Positions 8,151-16,682 of a stretch of 32,000 nt of DNA are shown here, one piece after another. This DNA comes from Kineococcus radiotolerans SRS30216 = ATCC BAA-149 (GTDB lineage: Bacteria > Actinomycetota > Actinomycetes > Actinomycetales > Kineococcaceae). The stretch is taken from assembly GCF_000017305.1 (NCBI RefSeq), contig NC_009664.2:4260001-4292000 (forward strand). Direction: 5' to 3'. The first letter of the stretch is position 1, and each line of letters opens with the position of its first letter. The translations under genes were made by a program, and so were the position numbers. A model generated the notes under the pieces. That model saw only the letters and a program-made list of their open reading frames with translations, was not told the origin of the DNA and did no database searches.

Positions 8151-8279
8151 GCCCCGGGGTGGGGCGACGGCGGCGGGTCCGGTTTGCGAGCGCGTCGGTG
8201 GGCGGCTCGGGTCGAGCGCTCCGCCGCGGCTGACCGTCGCGCTCCACGAGGTTCTCGACCTGCGGGTCCACCGGTCCCC

Positions 8280-9074
8280 TCAGGTCACGCGGAACACCGG
8301 CCACCCGATCTCGGTGCGCCAGGCGGCCGGATCGCTCACGTCCCGGGGGCCGACGCGGTAGACCTCCCGCACGGGCCCCGCCACCGACATCGCGTTCTCC
8401 ACCACCCACGCACCGAGCTCGCCGTAGGTGACGTCCACGCCGTCGTGCTCGCCGACGTGGGTGGTCACCGCCAGTTCCGCAGGCGGCAGGGTGACGGCGT
8501 GCACCCGCCCCGTGCGCGGGGGACTGGCGGTCGGCAGGTAGACCAGCGCGCGGCCGCGACCCTCCTCGAAGAGGGCGTCGTCGTAGGTGCCCCCCGGCGG
8601 TCCGGTCACGCCGGCGCCCACGGCCGCCTCCAGCTCGGCCATCGCCCCGGCGAACCACGCCTCGACGTCGCCGTGTCCGATCACGGCCTCGACCGCGGCG
8701 ACCTCGCGGGCGGGTTCGGCGCGCAGTTCCACCTCGATCGACGCGGGGTCGGGCTGGAGGAGGCGGCGCAGCGAGGTGACCGCGGCCCGGGTGCGGTCGA
8801 GCTCGGCCTCCAGGCGCTGGAGGTGACCCGCGACCAGGGTCGACCGGACGCCGGGGTCCGGCGTCCGCAGGATCCGCTGCACGTCGCTCAAGGGGACGTC
8901 GAGCTCGCGGAGGCGGTTGATGACCTGGGCGGTGGGGATCTGCTCGACGGAGTAGTAGCGGTAGCCGGTCGCCTCGTCCACGACGGCCGGCTCGAGCAGT
9001 TCCCCCTCGTGGTAGCGGCGCAGGGTCCGCACGCTCAGGTGGGTCAGGCGGGAGAACTCCCCGATGGTCAGCAC
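8280..9074 (-). CDS. MerR-family regulator with C-terminal GyrI-like effector-binding domain
   Basis: VLTIGEFSRLTHLSVRTLRRYHEGELLEPAVVDEATGYRYYS is a canonical MerR HTH, followed by a coiled coil and a GyrI-like C-terminus. GTG 9074 is chosen as start; the track extension to 9536 is Arg/Gly-rich junk overlapping the divergent gene. Confidence 0.85.
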   Translation of the reverse strand: MLTIGEFSRLTHLSVRTLRRYHEGELLEPAVVDEATGYRYYSVEQIPTAQVINRLRELDVPLSDVQRILRTPDPGVRSTLVAGHLQRLEAELDRTRAAVTSLRRLLQPDPASIEVELRAEPAREVAAVEAVIGHGDVEAWFAGAMAELEAAVGAGVTGPPGGTYDDALFEEGRGRALVYLPTASPPRTGRVHAVTLPPAELAVTTHVGEHDGVDVTYGELGAWVVENAMSVAGPVREVYRVGPRDVSDPAAWRTEIGWPVFRVT

Positions 9075-9090
9075 GCGTCCAGTGTGGAGG

Positions 9091-9105
9091 CTCCCCCTGG
9101 GGGAG
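9091..9105. promoter_or_regulatory. Palindrome CTCCCCC-T-GGGGGAG plus adjacent TTGACC (9116-9121) in the MerR divergent spacer (candidate operator/-35)
   Basis: Perfect 7-1-7 dyad lying 17 nt upstream of the MerR start. A TTGACC -35-like hexamer faces the + strand SnoaL gene. Confidence 0.4.
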
Positions 9106-9152
9106 GGTCCAGCTCTTGACCCTCCTGCGCCGCGAGGCCGCACGGTGACGGC

Positions 9153-9512
9153 ATGACACGCACCGACCTCCACTCCGATGCCCTCCCGAGCACCGTCCGC
9201 GGCTTCCTCGCGGCCGGCACCGTGCACGACGCCGACACGGCCTCCTCGTTCCTCACCGCCGACGTCGTGGTCGTCGACCAGGACGAGACCTTCCGGGGCC
9301 GCGACGAGGTCCACGCCTTCCTGCGCGACGCCGGTTCCGAGTTCGAGTACACCACCGAGCAGACCGGCGCCCGCCGCGTCGACGACGACCACTGGGTGGT
9401 GACCCTGCGCCTGGAGGGCACCTTCCCCGGCGGCGTCGCCGAGCTGGACTACCGGTTCACGCTGCGCGCGGGCCTGATCGCCGAGCTCGTCATCGCCAAC
9501 CACGAGGCCTGA
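9153..9512 (+). CDS. SnoaL-like / NTF2-fold protein
   Basis: 119 aa with pattern [25 protein letters not shown]...WVVTLRLEG typical of SnoaL_2/NTF2-like proteins. Divergent from MerR. Confidence 0.65.
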   Translation: MTRTDLHSDALPSTVRGFLAAGTVHDADTASSFLTADVVVVDQDETFRGRDEVHAFLRDAGSEFEYTTEQTGARRVDDDHWVVTLRLEGTFPGGVAELDYRFTLRAGLIAELVIANHEA

Positions 9513-9556
9513 GCACCGCACCGCACCGCAGATCACCAGAGGGAAGAGGAAGAAGA

Positions 9557-10345
9557 TTGTCCAGCCAGGAACGCGACCGCCTCGACGGTCGCCGCGCGCT
9601 CGTCACGGGCGGGTCGAGGGGTTCGGGCGGGGCCGTCGTCACCCGCCTGCGGGAGATGGGCGCGGACGTGTGGACCACGGCGCGGACGATGCCCGAGGGG
9701 TACGACCGCCCCGACCGGTTCATCGCAGCGGACACCTCGACCGTCGAGGGTGCACAGCGCGTGGCGGACCGCATCACCGAGGAGGTCGGCGCGCTCGACG
9801 TCCTCGTGCACGTCGTCGGGGGCGCCTCCACACCGCCGGGCGGGTTCGCGGTCATCACCGAGGAGCAATGGCTGACCGAACTGAACCTGAACCTCCTCGG
9901 TGCCGTGCGGCTCGACCGGGCCCTCCTGCCGGCGATGGCCGGGGCCGGATCGGGTGTGGTGCTGCACTTCACCTCGATCCAGCGGGAACTACCGCAGTAC
10001 GACGCGTCGCTGGCGTACGCGGCGGCCAAGGCGGCGCTGCGCACGTACAGCAAGGGCCTCGCCAACGAGCTCGCGCCGCGCGGCGTCCGCGTCAACACCG
10101 TCAGCCCCGGCGGCATCGAGACCGAGGCCTACGAGCGGTTCGTGGACCGGATCGCCGAGGGCAACGGGCTCACGCGGCAGGCCGCCAAGCAGAGCATCCA
10201 CGACTCCCTGGGCGGGGTTCCCCTGGGGCGGTTCGCGCAGCCGGAGGAGATCGCCGACCTGGTCGGCTTCCTCGTGTCGGACCGCGCCTCGGCCATCGTG
10301 GGTGCGGAGTACGTGATCGACGGCGGCACGGTTCCCACCGTCTGA
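9557..10345 (+). CDS. SDR-family oxidoreductase
   Basis: TTG start after the purine-rich [30 protein letters not shown] glycine motif, YAAAKAAL catalytic Yx3K, and C-terminal IDGGTVPTV. Confidence 0.9.
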   Translation: MSSQERDRLDGRRALVTGGSRGSGGAVVTRLREMGADVWTTARTMPEGYDRPDRFIAADTSTVEGAQRVADRITEEVGALDVLVHVVGGASTPPGGFAVITEEQWLTELNLNLLGAVRLDRALLPAMAGAGSGVVLHFTSIQRELPQYDASLAYAAAKAALRTYSKGLANELAPRGVRVNTVSPGGIETEAYERFVDRIAEGNGLTRQAAKQSIHDSLGGVPLGRFAQPEEIADLVGFLVSDRASAIVGAEYVIDGGTVPTV

Positions 10346-10737
10346 GTCGGCACCCGGGGGTCGAGCGGCCACCCCTACCGCGGGCGGCAGGGGCCGTGAC
10401 CGGACCGCGTGGGCGGTGACCACGCTTCCACCTCCTCGCGGCTACCGGCCCTTCCGGGCGGATTCCTCCGAGGCGCCGCCGTGGGTGCCGTCGATCCGCC
10501 GGGAGGTGACGGTGGATGAGCTCGCCGACGGAACCCGCCTGCGCCCCTCTCCGCCGTACGCGGGGTGCGGACGGCGGCTGATGCGGAACCAGCGCGATCG
10601 ACGCACCGGTAGGACCTTCGTGGCCGGCTCGTGGGGTCGAGCGGCGGTACCTCTTGCGCCCGGTGATCATTCTGCGTTCACTGAACACGAGGAACTCCCC
10701 CCGCGATCGATCCGTCCACGAGAACCGGAGCACCGCC

Positions 10738-11760
10738 ATGGCCAGAGCTGACCACGCCGTCTCGCTGAACATGCCCGCCGCGATCACCGTCGGCTCCCGC
10801 CTCGTGGAGGTGCCCGTCCGCCGCAACGGCCGTCGCGTCGGGGTGCTGAGCATCAGCGACAAGGGGGTGCAGTGGAACCCCTCGACCACCCGTCCACCGG
10901 TCCACGTCGGTTGGGAGGACCTGCCCACCGCCTTGGCGTCGGCGGCCACCTCGTCCAGCACCTCGGCCACCTCCGCGGCTACCACGCAGGCATCGGCGAC
11001 CAGTTCGTCGAGGTCCACCGCCCGCGCCGCGGCTCCTGGCTCCCGCGAGAAGGCTGCCGCCAAACCGTCGCGTGGCGCCGGCGCGCCCGTCGAGACGGCA
11101 TCGGCGGGCGAGAGGGGGGACGACGAGACAGCAGCGGAGCGGCCGCGCACCGTGGGCGGGAGCACTGCCCGCCGCAAGACCGCCGGGGCCGCACGACGAG
11201 CCGGCGGCCGCACCGAGACCGCCGCGAGCGAGGTCAGCGCCGTGGCCGACACGTCGGCCGCCGACACCTCGGCCCCGGCGGCCGGTGCGCCACCGGCGAC
11301 CGACCCCACCCTCGACGCCGGCACCGGTACCGGCACGGGGGCGGGGGACAGCACGCACGTGCCGGGGCAGCAGCCGCTACCCCTCGACGGGCTCGACACC
11401 CCCGGCTCCACCGACGGTTCCCCCGAGCCCGACACGCGGATCGGCACCGGATCCGACGCCACGACCCCTGTGGCCACGACGGCCGCTGAGCCGGCAGGCC
11501 GCGAGGCCGCAGCCCGCAAGGCCGCGGCGCGCAAGAGCGCGAAGAAGGCGCCGCCGCGTCAGGCGGGGGAGCCGGCCGCCCGGGAGGTGACCTCAGCTCC
11601 CGCCCGGGCCGGCAACGTCACCGTTCCCGGCGCCGGCGCGGACACGACCCCGCTGGATGCGCGGGCGGTGCGGCAGTGGGCCGCGGCTCACGGCATCACC
11701 GTTCCCCCGCGCGGGCCGCTGAGCACCCGCGTGCGCGAGCAGTACCTGGCCGCCCAGTGA
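10738..11760 (+). CDS. Protein with unknown N-terminal domain, ~230-aa Ala/Thr/Ser/Gly-rich disordered region and Lsr2-type C-terminal DNA-binding domain
   Basis: The C-terminus PLDARAVRQWAAAHGITVPPRGPLSTRVREQYLAAQ fits the Lsr2 C-terminal pattern as I recall it. ATG 10738 is preceded by GGAG. The antisense 454-aa ORF is rejected. Confidence 0.7.
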   Translation: MARADHAVSLNMPAAITVGSRLVEVPVRRNGRRVGVLSISDKGVQWNPSTTRPPVHVGWEDLPTALASAATSSSTSATSAATTQASATSSSRSTARAAAPGSREKAAAKPSRGAGAPVETASAGERGDDETAAERPRTVGGSTARRKTAGAARRAGGRTETAASEVSAVADTSAADTSAPAAGAPPATDPTLDAGTGTGTGAGDSTHVPGQQPLPLDGLDTPGSTDGSPEPDTRIGTGSDATTPVATTAAEPAGREAAARKAAARKSAKKAPPRQAGEPAAREVTSAPARAGNVTVPGAGADTTPLDARAVRQWAAAHGITVPPRGPLSTRVREQYLAAQ

Positions 11761-11792
11761 CCGGCGTTCCGCGTCCGGGGTGATGCGGGGTG

Positions 11793-11820
11793 GGTGGCTG
11801 CGCGCGGGTGCGCAGCCACC
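11793..11820 (+). terminator. Perfect 11-bp hairpin GGTGGCTGCGC-gcgggt-GCGCAGCCACC 33 nt after the Lsr2-like stop
   Basis: Read directly. No U-tract, as is common in high-GC actinobacteria. Confidence 0.6.
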
Positions 11821-12076
11821 TCGCCGTCACCTGCGGCCTGAGCGAGCGGTGACCGGTGCTCGCCCGTCCCCGCGCTCGTCGCTGCCACGCACTCCCAGGG
11901 CCGGAGCGCAGTTCGTGGCGCTGCTGTGGAAGCGGCGCCGCCTGCGTCAGGACGTCGACGCCGTCGTCGCCGGCCCCGCGAGCAGCCTGCACCCGCGCGA
12001 GAACGTTCCCGAGGGCCTCAGCGCGCACCGGCGCTGGTCGGTGTTCCCACCAGCCGCGGCAGCGTCGCGGTCACCG

Positions 12077-12097
12077 GTCGGTGAGGTCCTCACCGAC
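12077..12097 (-). terminator. Hairpin GTCGGTGA-ggtcc-TCACCGAC about 40 nt downstream of the alpha/beta hydrolase stop
   Basis: GTCGGTGAGG / CCTCACCGAC complementary arms were read directly, in a convergent intergenic region. Confidence 0.45.
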
Positions 12098-12135
12098 TGG
12101 CGGGTGACCGTTCCCTCGACGCCCGGCGCAGCGGT

Positions 12136-12885
12136 TCACCCGGCCGTCGCGCGGGCCGCCTCGACGATCAGGTCGACGACCGCACCGGGACGGGAGACGG
12201 CGACCGCGTGGGAGGCGTCGACCTCGACGATCCGGGACCGGGCCCGCCGGGCCATGAAGGTCTGCGCCTCGGCCGGAACCGCGAGGTCCTCCCGGGTGAC
12301 CAGGGTCCACGACGGGATCGTCCGCCAGGCCGCCGCCGTGGCCTTCTCCGCGAGCGCTTCGCTGGTGATGGGCCGCTGGGTCGCGGCCATCAGCTCGGCG
12401 ACCTCCGGGGCGACGTCGGCGGCGAACACGGCCCGGAACCTGTCCGGCTGGATGTAGAGGTCGGTCACCGTGCCGCCGCGCCCGTCGCTCACGGGGACGG
12501 GGTCCAGCGCGGGTCCCAGCTCGTTGCCGGGGAACTTCCCCGCCAGCTCGCCGGTGCTCTCCCCCTCCTCCAGCAGGAAGCTGCCCACGTAGACCAGCGC
12601 CCGCACGCCGGAGTGCCCGTCGGCCGCCACGCTCACCACCGAGCCGCCGTAGGAGTGGCCGACCACCACCACCGGACCGCGGACCCGGTCCAGGAGGCTG
12701 CGCAGCTGGAGGGCGTCATCACCCAGGCCCCGCAGCGGGTTGGCCGCGGCGATGACCGGGTAGCCGTCGATCCGCAGCTGCTCGATCACCCCGTTCCAGC
12801 TCGCGGACTCGGCGAAGGCGCCGTGCACGAGCACCACGGTGGGTTTCTCCTCGGGCGTCGCGCCCGTGTGGTCGTCGGTGGTCAT
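12136..12885 (-). CDS. Alpha/beta-fold hydrolase
   Basis: 249 aa with VVLVHGAFAESASW and the GHSYGG nucleophile elbow. The ATG is preceded by GAGAGGGA. Confidence 0.85.
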   Translation of the reverse strand: MTTDDHTGATPEEKPTVVLVHGAFAESASWNGVIEQLRIDGYPVIAAANPLRGLGDDALQLRSLLDRVRGPVVVVGHSYGGSVVSVAADGHSGVRALVYVGSFLLEEGESTGELAGKFPGNELGPALDPVPVSDGRGGTVTDLYIQPDRFRAVFAADVAPEVAELMAATQRPITSEALAEKATAAAWRTIPSWTLVTREDLAVPAEAQTFMARRARSRIVEVDASHAVAVSRPGAVVDLIVEAARATAG

Positions 12886-13060
12886 CGTCGTCCCTCTCGA
12901 TCCGCAGCGACCGGGAGGACCGGTTCGGCCGCCCTCTGCGCTGGTGGGTCGAACCTAGGGAGCGACGCTCCCTCCCCGCGTACGTCGGATGACGGTCCCG
13001 CCGACGGTGGGCCGCCCGGTCACCGACCGAGCGCGGCCCGCAGGGCCACCCGCGAGGTGA
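12871..13060. repeat. Dispersed repeat copy A: hydrolase first codons + 134-nt leader + 3' end of the intact LuxR/LAL gene
   Basis: Colinear with 18246-18432. The spacer part is about 90% identical by hand alignment. Confidence 0.85.
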
Positions 13061-15713
13061 TGCCCAGCTTCGGGAAGATCCGGTGCAGGTGCGTGCCGAC
13101 CGTCCGGTGCGAGAGGTACAGGCGCGCGCCGATCTCCCGGTTGGTGAGGCCCTCCGCGGCGAGCTGCGCGACGAGCAGCTCCTGGGGGCTCAGCTGCTCG
13201 CGCGCTTCCGGGGTGCGCGGCCGGCTCTGCTCCCCGGAGGCGCGCAGCTCCTGCCGCGCGCGGTCGCCCCAGGCCGCGGCGCCCAGCGCGTCGAGCGCGT
13301 CGCGCGCGGCCCGCAGCGGGGCGCGGGACTCCGCCGCCCGGCGCTGCCTCCGCAACCAGGCGCCGTGAGCCAGGTGCAGCCGGGCGCGGGCGAAGGGCCA
13401 GGAGCTCAGGTCGGCCGCCAGGGCCGCGGCGAACAGCTCCTCGGCCTCGTCCTCGGGGGCCAGGAGGGCGCGGCCGTACCGCAGCCCGAGGTGCAGCGGG
13501 GCCGAGGGCGTGAGCGCCGCGAGCGCCTCGAGGTCGGCCAGGAGCGGCTCGACCTCCGCGCGGTGCCCGCTCTGGACGGCCGCCTCCACGAGGTCGCCGA
13601 CGCTGAAGCTGTGCACCACGGGGTGGTAGGCGGGGTCGGTGGGGTCCGACAGCCGGACCAGCGCGTCCCAGGCCTCCTCGTGCCGTCCCTGGTTGAGCGC
13701 GACCGCGCCCCGGGCGAACTGCACCACCGCCAGGACACCGTTCGACTCGACCTGCAGCCCGAGCCGGGCTGCCTCGACGAGGCGCTCCTCGACGTCCTCC
13801 GCGCTGCGGAGCGCGGAGACCGCCGCCTGGACCACGAGGGCGATGGCCCGCACCAGCGGCTGCTCGGTGTCGGCGGCGAGCCGGACGGCCTCGTCGGCAG
13901 CCGTGGCGGCCAGGTCGAACCGGCCGACGTTGAGCGCGTTCCAGGACTGCACCATCAGGACCCGGCCCAGCAGCCCGAGCCGGCCGTCGGCGCGGAGACC
14001 CGGCACCGCCGACGTCAGCAGCTCCACGGAGAGCGGCAGGTCACCCACGACGCTCGCCGCCATGCCGGCGGCGTGCGTCCGTTCCGGGTCGAGCGGGCCG
14101 GAGGAGTGGGCGCGCAGCCGCTCGTGGAGCACCGCGCCGCGCTCGAGGGGCGCCGCGTAGCTGACGACCTCGAGCGCGAGCACGTCGTCCGGGTCGAGGG
14201 CCTGCTCGACGACCTCGAGGACGCGGGCGCGCGTCGAGCCGCTGGCCCCGGCCCACATGCACCGCAGCGCCGCGGCGTGCAGGAACAGCAGCGCCTGGTC
14301 GGTGCGGCCGTCGGCGGCGGCCGCGGCGGCGACCTCGGTGAGCCTGCGGGTGCCCGCACCCTGGATGCCCTCCTCGGACCTCTCCCGGATCACCGTCATC
14401 CGGATGAGTTCCCGGGCGGGCGCGCCGAGGGCCGCGGTCTCCTGGAGGAGGCGGTCGACGACGTCGGGTCGCCCCCACTCGAACGCGAGCTCGGCCGCCC
14501 GCAGGTAGCGCCGCGTCCGCTGGACCGGGTCCGCGCTGAGCCGGGCGGCGCGCTCCACCGCCGCCTGCGCCGCCGCCACGCCCCCGCGGCGCTGCGCACG
14601 GGCACCGGCCTCCTCCAGCTCGGCGGCCAGCGCGTCGTCCGGCGCGTCGGCAGCGGCGGCCCGGTGCCAGACCTGCCGGTCGGGTTCGGGCAACGTCCGT
14701 GCCAGCGCGAGGTGGGCACGCTGCCGCTCGGGCAGGGTGGCCTGCTGGCGGATCGCGTGGCGGACCAGGGGGTGGCGGAAGGTCAACGTGCCGCCGTCGG
14801 CGGCCACCAGCCCGACCTCGGTGGCCGGGACCAGGGCCTCCACGGTCACCGGGTGGCCGCGGAGGGCGGCCGCCGCGGCCAGGGACTCCCCCAGAGCCCT
14901 CTCCTCCTCCAGCGCGGCGACGAGCAGCAGGTCCCGGGTGACGCCGGGCAGCCCGGGGAGCCGGGCCGCGAAGGCGTGCTCCAGCCGCGCGGTCAGCGTC
15001 GGGGGGGCGAAGTCGTCCTGCGGGCCCTCCAGGGGGAGTTCCACCAGCGCGAGGGGGTTTCCCGCGGCCACGTCCAGCAGGCGCCCCCGGGCGATCGGGT
15101 CGAGCTGCGGTGCCCGGCGCGCGAGCACCTCCTCGGCGGAGCGACGGTCCAGGCGTTCCAGGTGCTGCTCCTCCAACCCCGGACCGGTGAGGACGGGTGG
15201 GAAGTCGTCGCGCTGGGCCGCCACCAGGACCACCGCTTCGGACTCCAGCCGTCGGGCCACGAAGCCGAGGACGTCGGCGCTGGGACGGTCGAGCCAGTGG
15301 GCGTCGTCGACCACCAGCACGAGGGGCTGGTCCGCGGCGCTGTCGCTGATCAGGTTCAGCGCCGCGAGGCCGATCAGGAAGAGCTCCGGTGCGGCGTCGT
15401 CGGTCATGCGGAACGCCGCCATGAGCGCGCGCCGCTGCGGGGCGGGCAACGCGGGGAGCCGGCCGAACAGCGACCGGACCAGCTGGTGGAGGCCGGCGAA
15501 GGGGAGGGTCGTCTCGGACTCCACGCCGCTCGCGCGCAGCACCCGCAGCCCGCGCTGAGCGGCGGCTCCGCACGCGAGGTGCAGGAGGGCCGACTTGCCG
15601 ATCCCGGCCTCGCCGCGGACGAGGACGGCGGCACCGCGGCGCTGGACGTCGTCCATCAGCCGGTCGAGCGCGTCGATCTCCGCGTCCCGGCCCACCACGC
15701 CGACCACCGTCAC
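13020..15713 (-). CDS. LuxR-family large ATP-binding (LAL/MalT-like) transcriptional regulator
   Basis: 897 aa. N-terminal P-loop GEAGIGKS, a long helical/TPR-like middle, and a C-terminal LuxR HTH (LSPQELLVAQLAAEGLTNREIGARLYLSHRTVGTHLHRIFPKLGI). The mirror 900-aa + strand ORF is rejected. Confidence 0.9.
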   Translation of the reverse strand: MTVVGVVGRDAEIDALDRLMDDVQRRGAAVLVRGEAGIGKSALLHLACGAAAQRGLRVLRASGVESETTLPFAGLHQLVRSLFGRLPALPAPQRRALMAAFRMTDDAAPELFLIGLAALNLISDSAADQPLVLVVDDAHWLDRPSADVLGFVARRLESEAVVLVAAQRDDFPPVLTGPGLEEQHLERLDRRSAEEVLARRAPQLDPIARGRLLDVAAGNPLALVELPLEGPQDDFAPPTLTARLEHAFAARLPGLPGVTRDLLLVAALEEERALGESLAAAAALRGHPVTVEALVPATEVGLVAADGGTLTFRHPLVRHAIRQQATLPERQRAHLALARTLPEPDRQVWHRAAAADAPDDALAAELEEAGARAQRRGGVAAAQAAVERAARLSADPVQRTRRYLRAAELAFEWGRPDVVDRLLQETAALGAPARELIRMTVIRERSEEGIQGAGTRRLTEVAAAAAADGRTDQALLFLHAAALRCMWAGASGSTRARVLEVVEQALDPDDVLALEVVSYAAPLERGAVLHERLRAHSSGPLDPERTHAAGMAASVVGDLPLSVELLTSAVPGLRADGRLGLLGRVLMVQSWNALNVGRFDLAATAADEAVRLAADTEQPLVRAIALVVQAAVSALRSAEDVEERLVEAARLGLQVESNGVLAVVQFARGAVALNQGRHEEAWDALVRLSDPTDPAYHPVVHSFSVGDLVEAAVQSGHRAEVEPLLADLEALAALTPSAPLHLGLRYGRALLAPEDEAEELFAAALAADLSSWPFARARLHLAHGAWLRRQRRAAESRAPLRAARDALDALGAAAWGDRARQELRASGEQSRPRTPEAREQLSPQELLVAQLAAEGLTNREIGARLYLSHRTVGTHLHRIFPKLGITSRVALRAALGR

Positions 15714-15792
15714 CCCCGCGCCCCCCCACGCCCACCACCGTCCGGCTGCCGCGAGGCACGGCCGCCGCGACGACGGTCAGGGTAGTGCGCGT

Positions 15793-15813
15793 GGACGTGG
15801 GTGGGGCACGTCC
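15793..15813. promoter_or_regulatory. Inverted repeat GGACGTG-N7-CACGTCC between hydrolase-2 stop and LAL regulator start (terminator or operator)
   Basis: Perfect 7-bp arms at 15793-15799 and 15807-15813. It lies 80-100 nt upstream of the regulator GTG and about 58 nt downstream of the upstream gene's stop. Confidence 0.35.
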
Positions 15814-15870
15814 CGAACCCGGGGCGGGGCCGGGTCCGGGGGTTCCGCGTCGAGGTCCGCGGGCGCGCGT

Positions 15871-16629
15871 TCAGTCCCAGCCGGGGAGGATCTCCACCAG
15901 CGTCGCCGGACGAGCCAGGTGCGGGAAGTGCCCGCTCCCCGGCAGGACCGTGGTCGCGGCCGAGGGCAGGACCGTCCGCAACCACCGGACGTACCCCGGG
16001 GGCAGCGGGGCGCGGCTGACGTGGTGGTAGCCGGTCCCGTTCTCCCGCAACGCGGTGAGCTCGTCCGTGCGCTGCTGGCGGAGATCCTCCGGCGACTCCT
16101 CGAGGACCTCCCTCCAGTACCCGAGCAGCAGGTCCTGGCGCGGCGTCGAGCGCAGCAGCGCCCGCAGCGGCGGGCTGAGGTCCTCGAGGCCCATCCCGTC
16201 GAGGAGTTCCGTCCAGACGCTCAGGTGGTCCGGTCCGCGCAGCACGGGTTCCCGCGAGCGCAGCAGGTCGCCGAAGGGGCCGGGCAGCAGCGGCTGGTCG
16301 ATGTTCAGCACCGCCCGCGCGGGATGGCGCGCCGCGTACGCGGTGGCCAGCACGGCCCCGATGGAGTGGCCCACCAGCACCGGCGCGTCCACGCCCGCCG
16401 CCGTGACCGCCTCGTGCAGGACGTCGGCGACCTCGGCCGGGTCGTAGGAGTCGCGCGGTGGCGAGCCGCCGTGCCCGGGCAGGTCGAAGGCCACCGCCCG
16501 GCGGCCCGCGAGCGCGTCCACGACCGGGGCCCACGTGCCGCGGTCGAAGGTCAGCCCGTGCAGCAGGACGATCGGGCGCCTGCCGTCGTCGGTCCCCGTG
16601 ACGTCCGCGACGAGCTCACCGAACCGCAC
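15871..16629 (-). CDS. Alpha/beta-fold hydrolase
   Basis: PIVLLHGLTFDRGTW and the GHSIGA nucleophile elbow. GTG 16629 is preceded by GGAGGGG at 9 nt. The track ORF to 17316 overlaps the GMC gene and is an over-extension. Confidence 0.8.
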   Translation of the reverse strand: MRFGELVADVTGTDDGRRPIVLLHGLTFDRGTWAPVVDALAGRRAVAFDLPGHGGSPPRDSYDPAEVADVLHEAVTAAGVDAPVLVGHSIGAVLATAYAARHPARAVLNIDQPLLPGPFGDLLRSREPVLRGPDHLSVWTELLDGMGLEDLSPPLRALLRSTPRQDLLLGYWREVLEESPEDLRQQRTDELTALRENGTGYHHVSRAPLPPGYVRWLRTVLPSAATTVLPGSGHFPHLARPATLVEILPGWD

Positions 16630-16682
16630 GCCGGTCAGCCCCTCCGCGCGGGTTCCGCGCTGACCGGTGCTCCCCGTCGCGC

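Noticed and set aside
10416-10751. 111-aa plus-strand ORF in the long region upstream of the Lsr2-domain gene
   Set aside because: It has many A/T-ending codons (ctt, cca, cct, gat, gga, tct, gta, cat, act, gaa...), whereas real genes here are GC3-saturated. It also overlaps the downstream start.
10170-11534. 454-aa minus-strand ORF antisense to the Lsr2-domain gene, plus other ORFs within the low-complexity region
   Set aside because: The low-complexity GC-rich repeat region is open in several frames. Only the plus-strand frame ends in a recognisable domain and has a plausible RBS/ATG.
12948-12953. TCGAAC half of the actinobacterial LexA SOS box inside the duplicated leader (also at 18322-18327)
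   Set aside because: The second half-site (GTTCGA after 4 nt) is absent; the sequence reads TCGAACctagGGAGCG.
13083-15785. 900-aa plus-strand ORF mirroring the LAL regulator gene
   Set aside because: The minus-strand product has a P-loop and a LuxR HTH. The plus-strand product is low-complexity (R/G/P/E) with no motifs.
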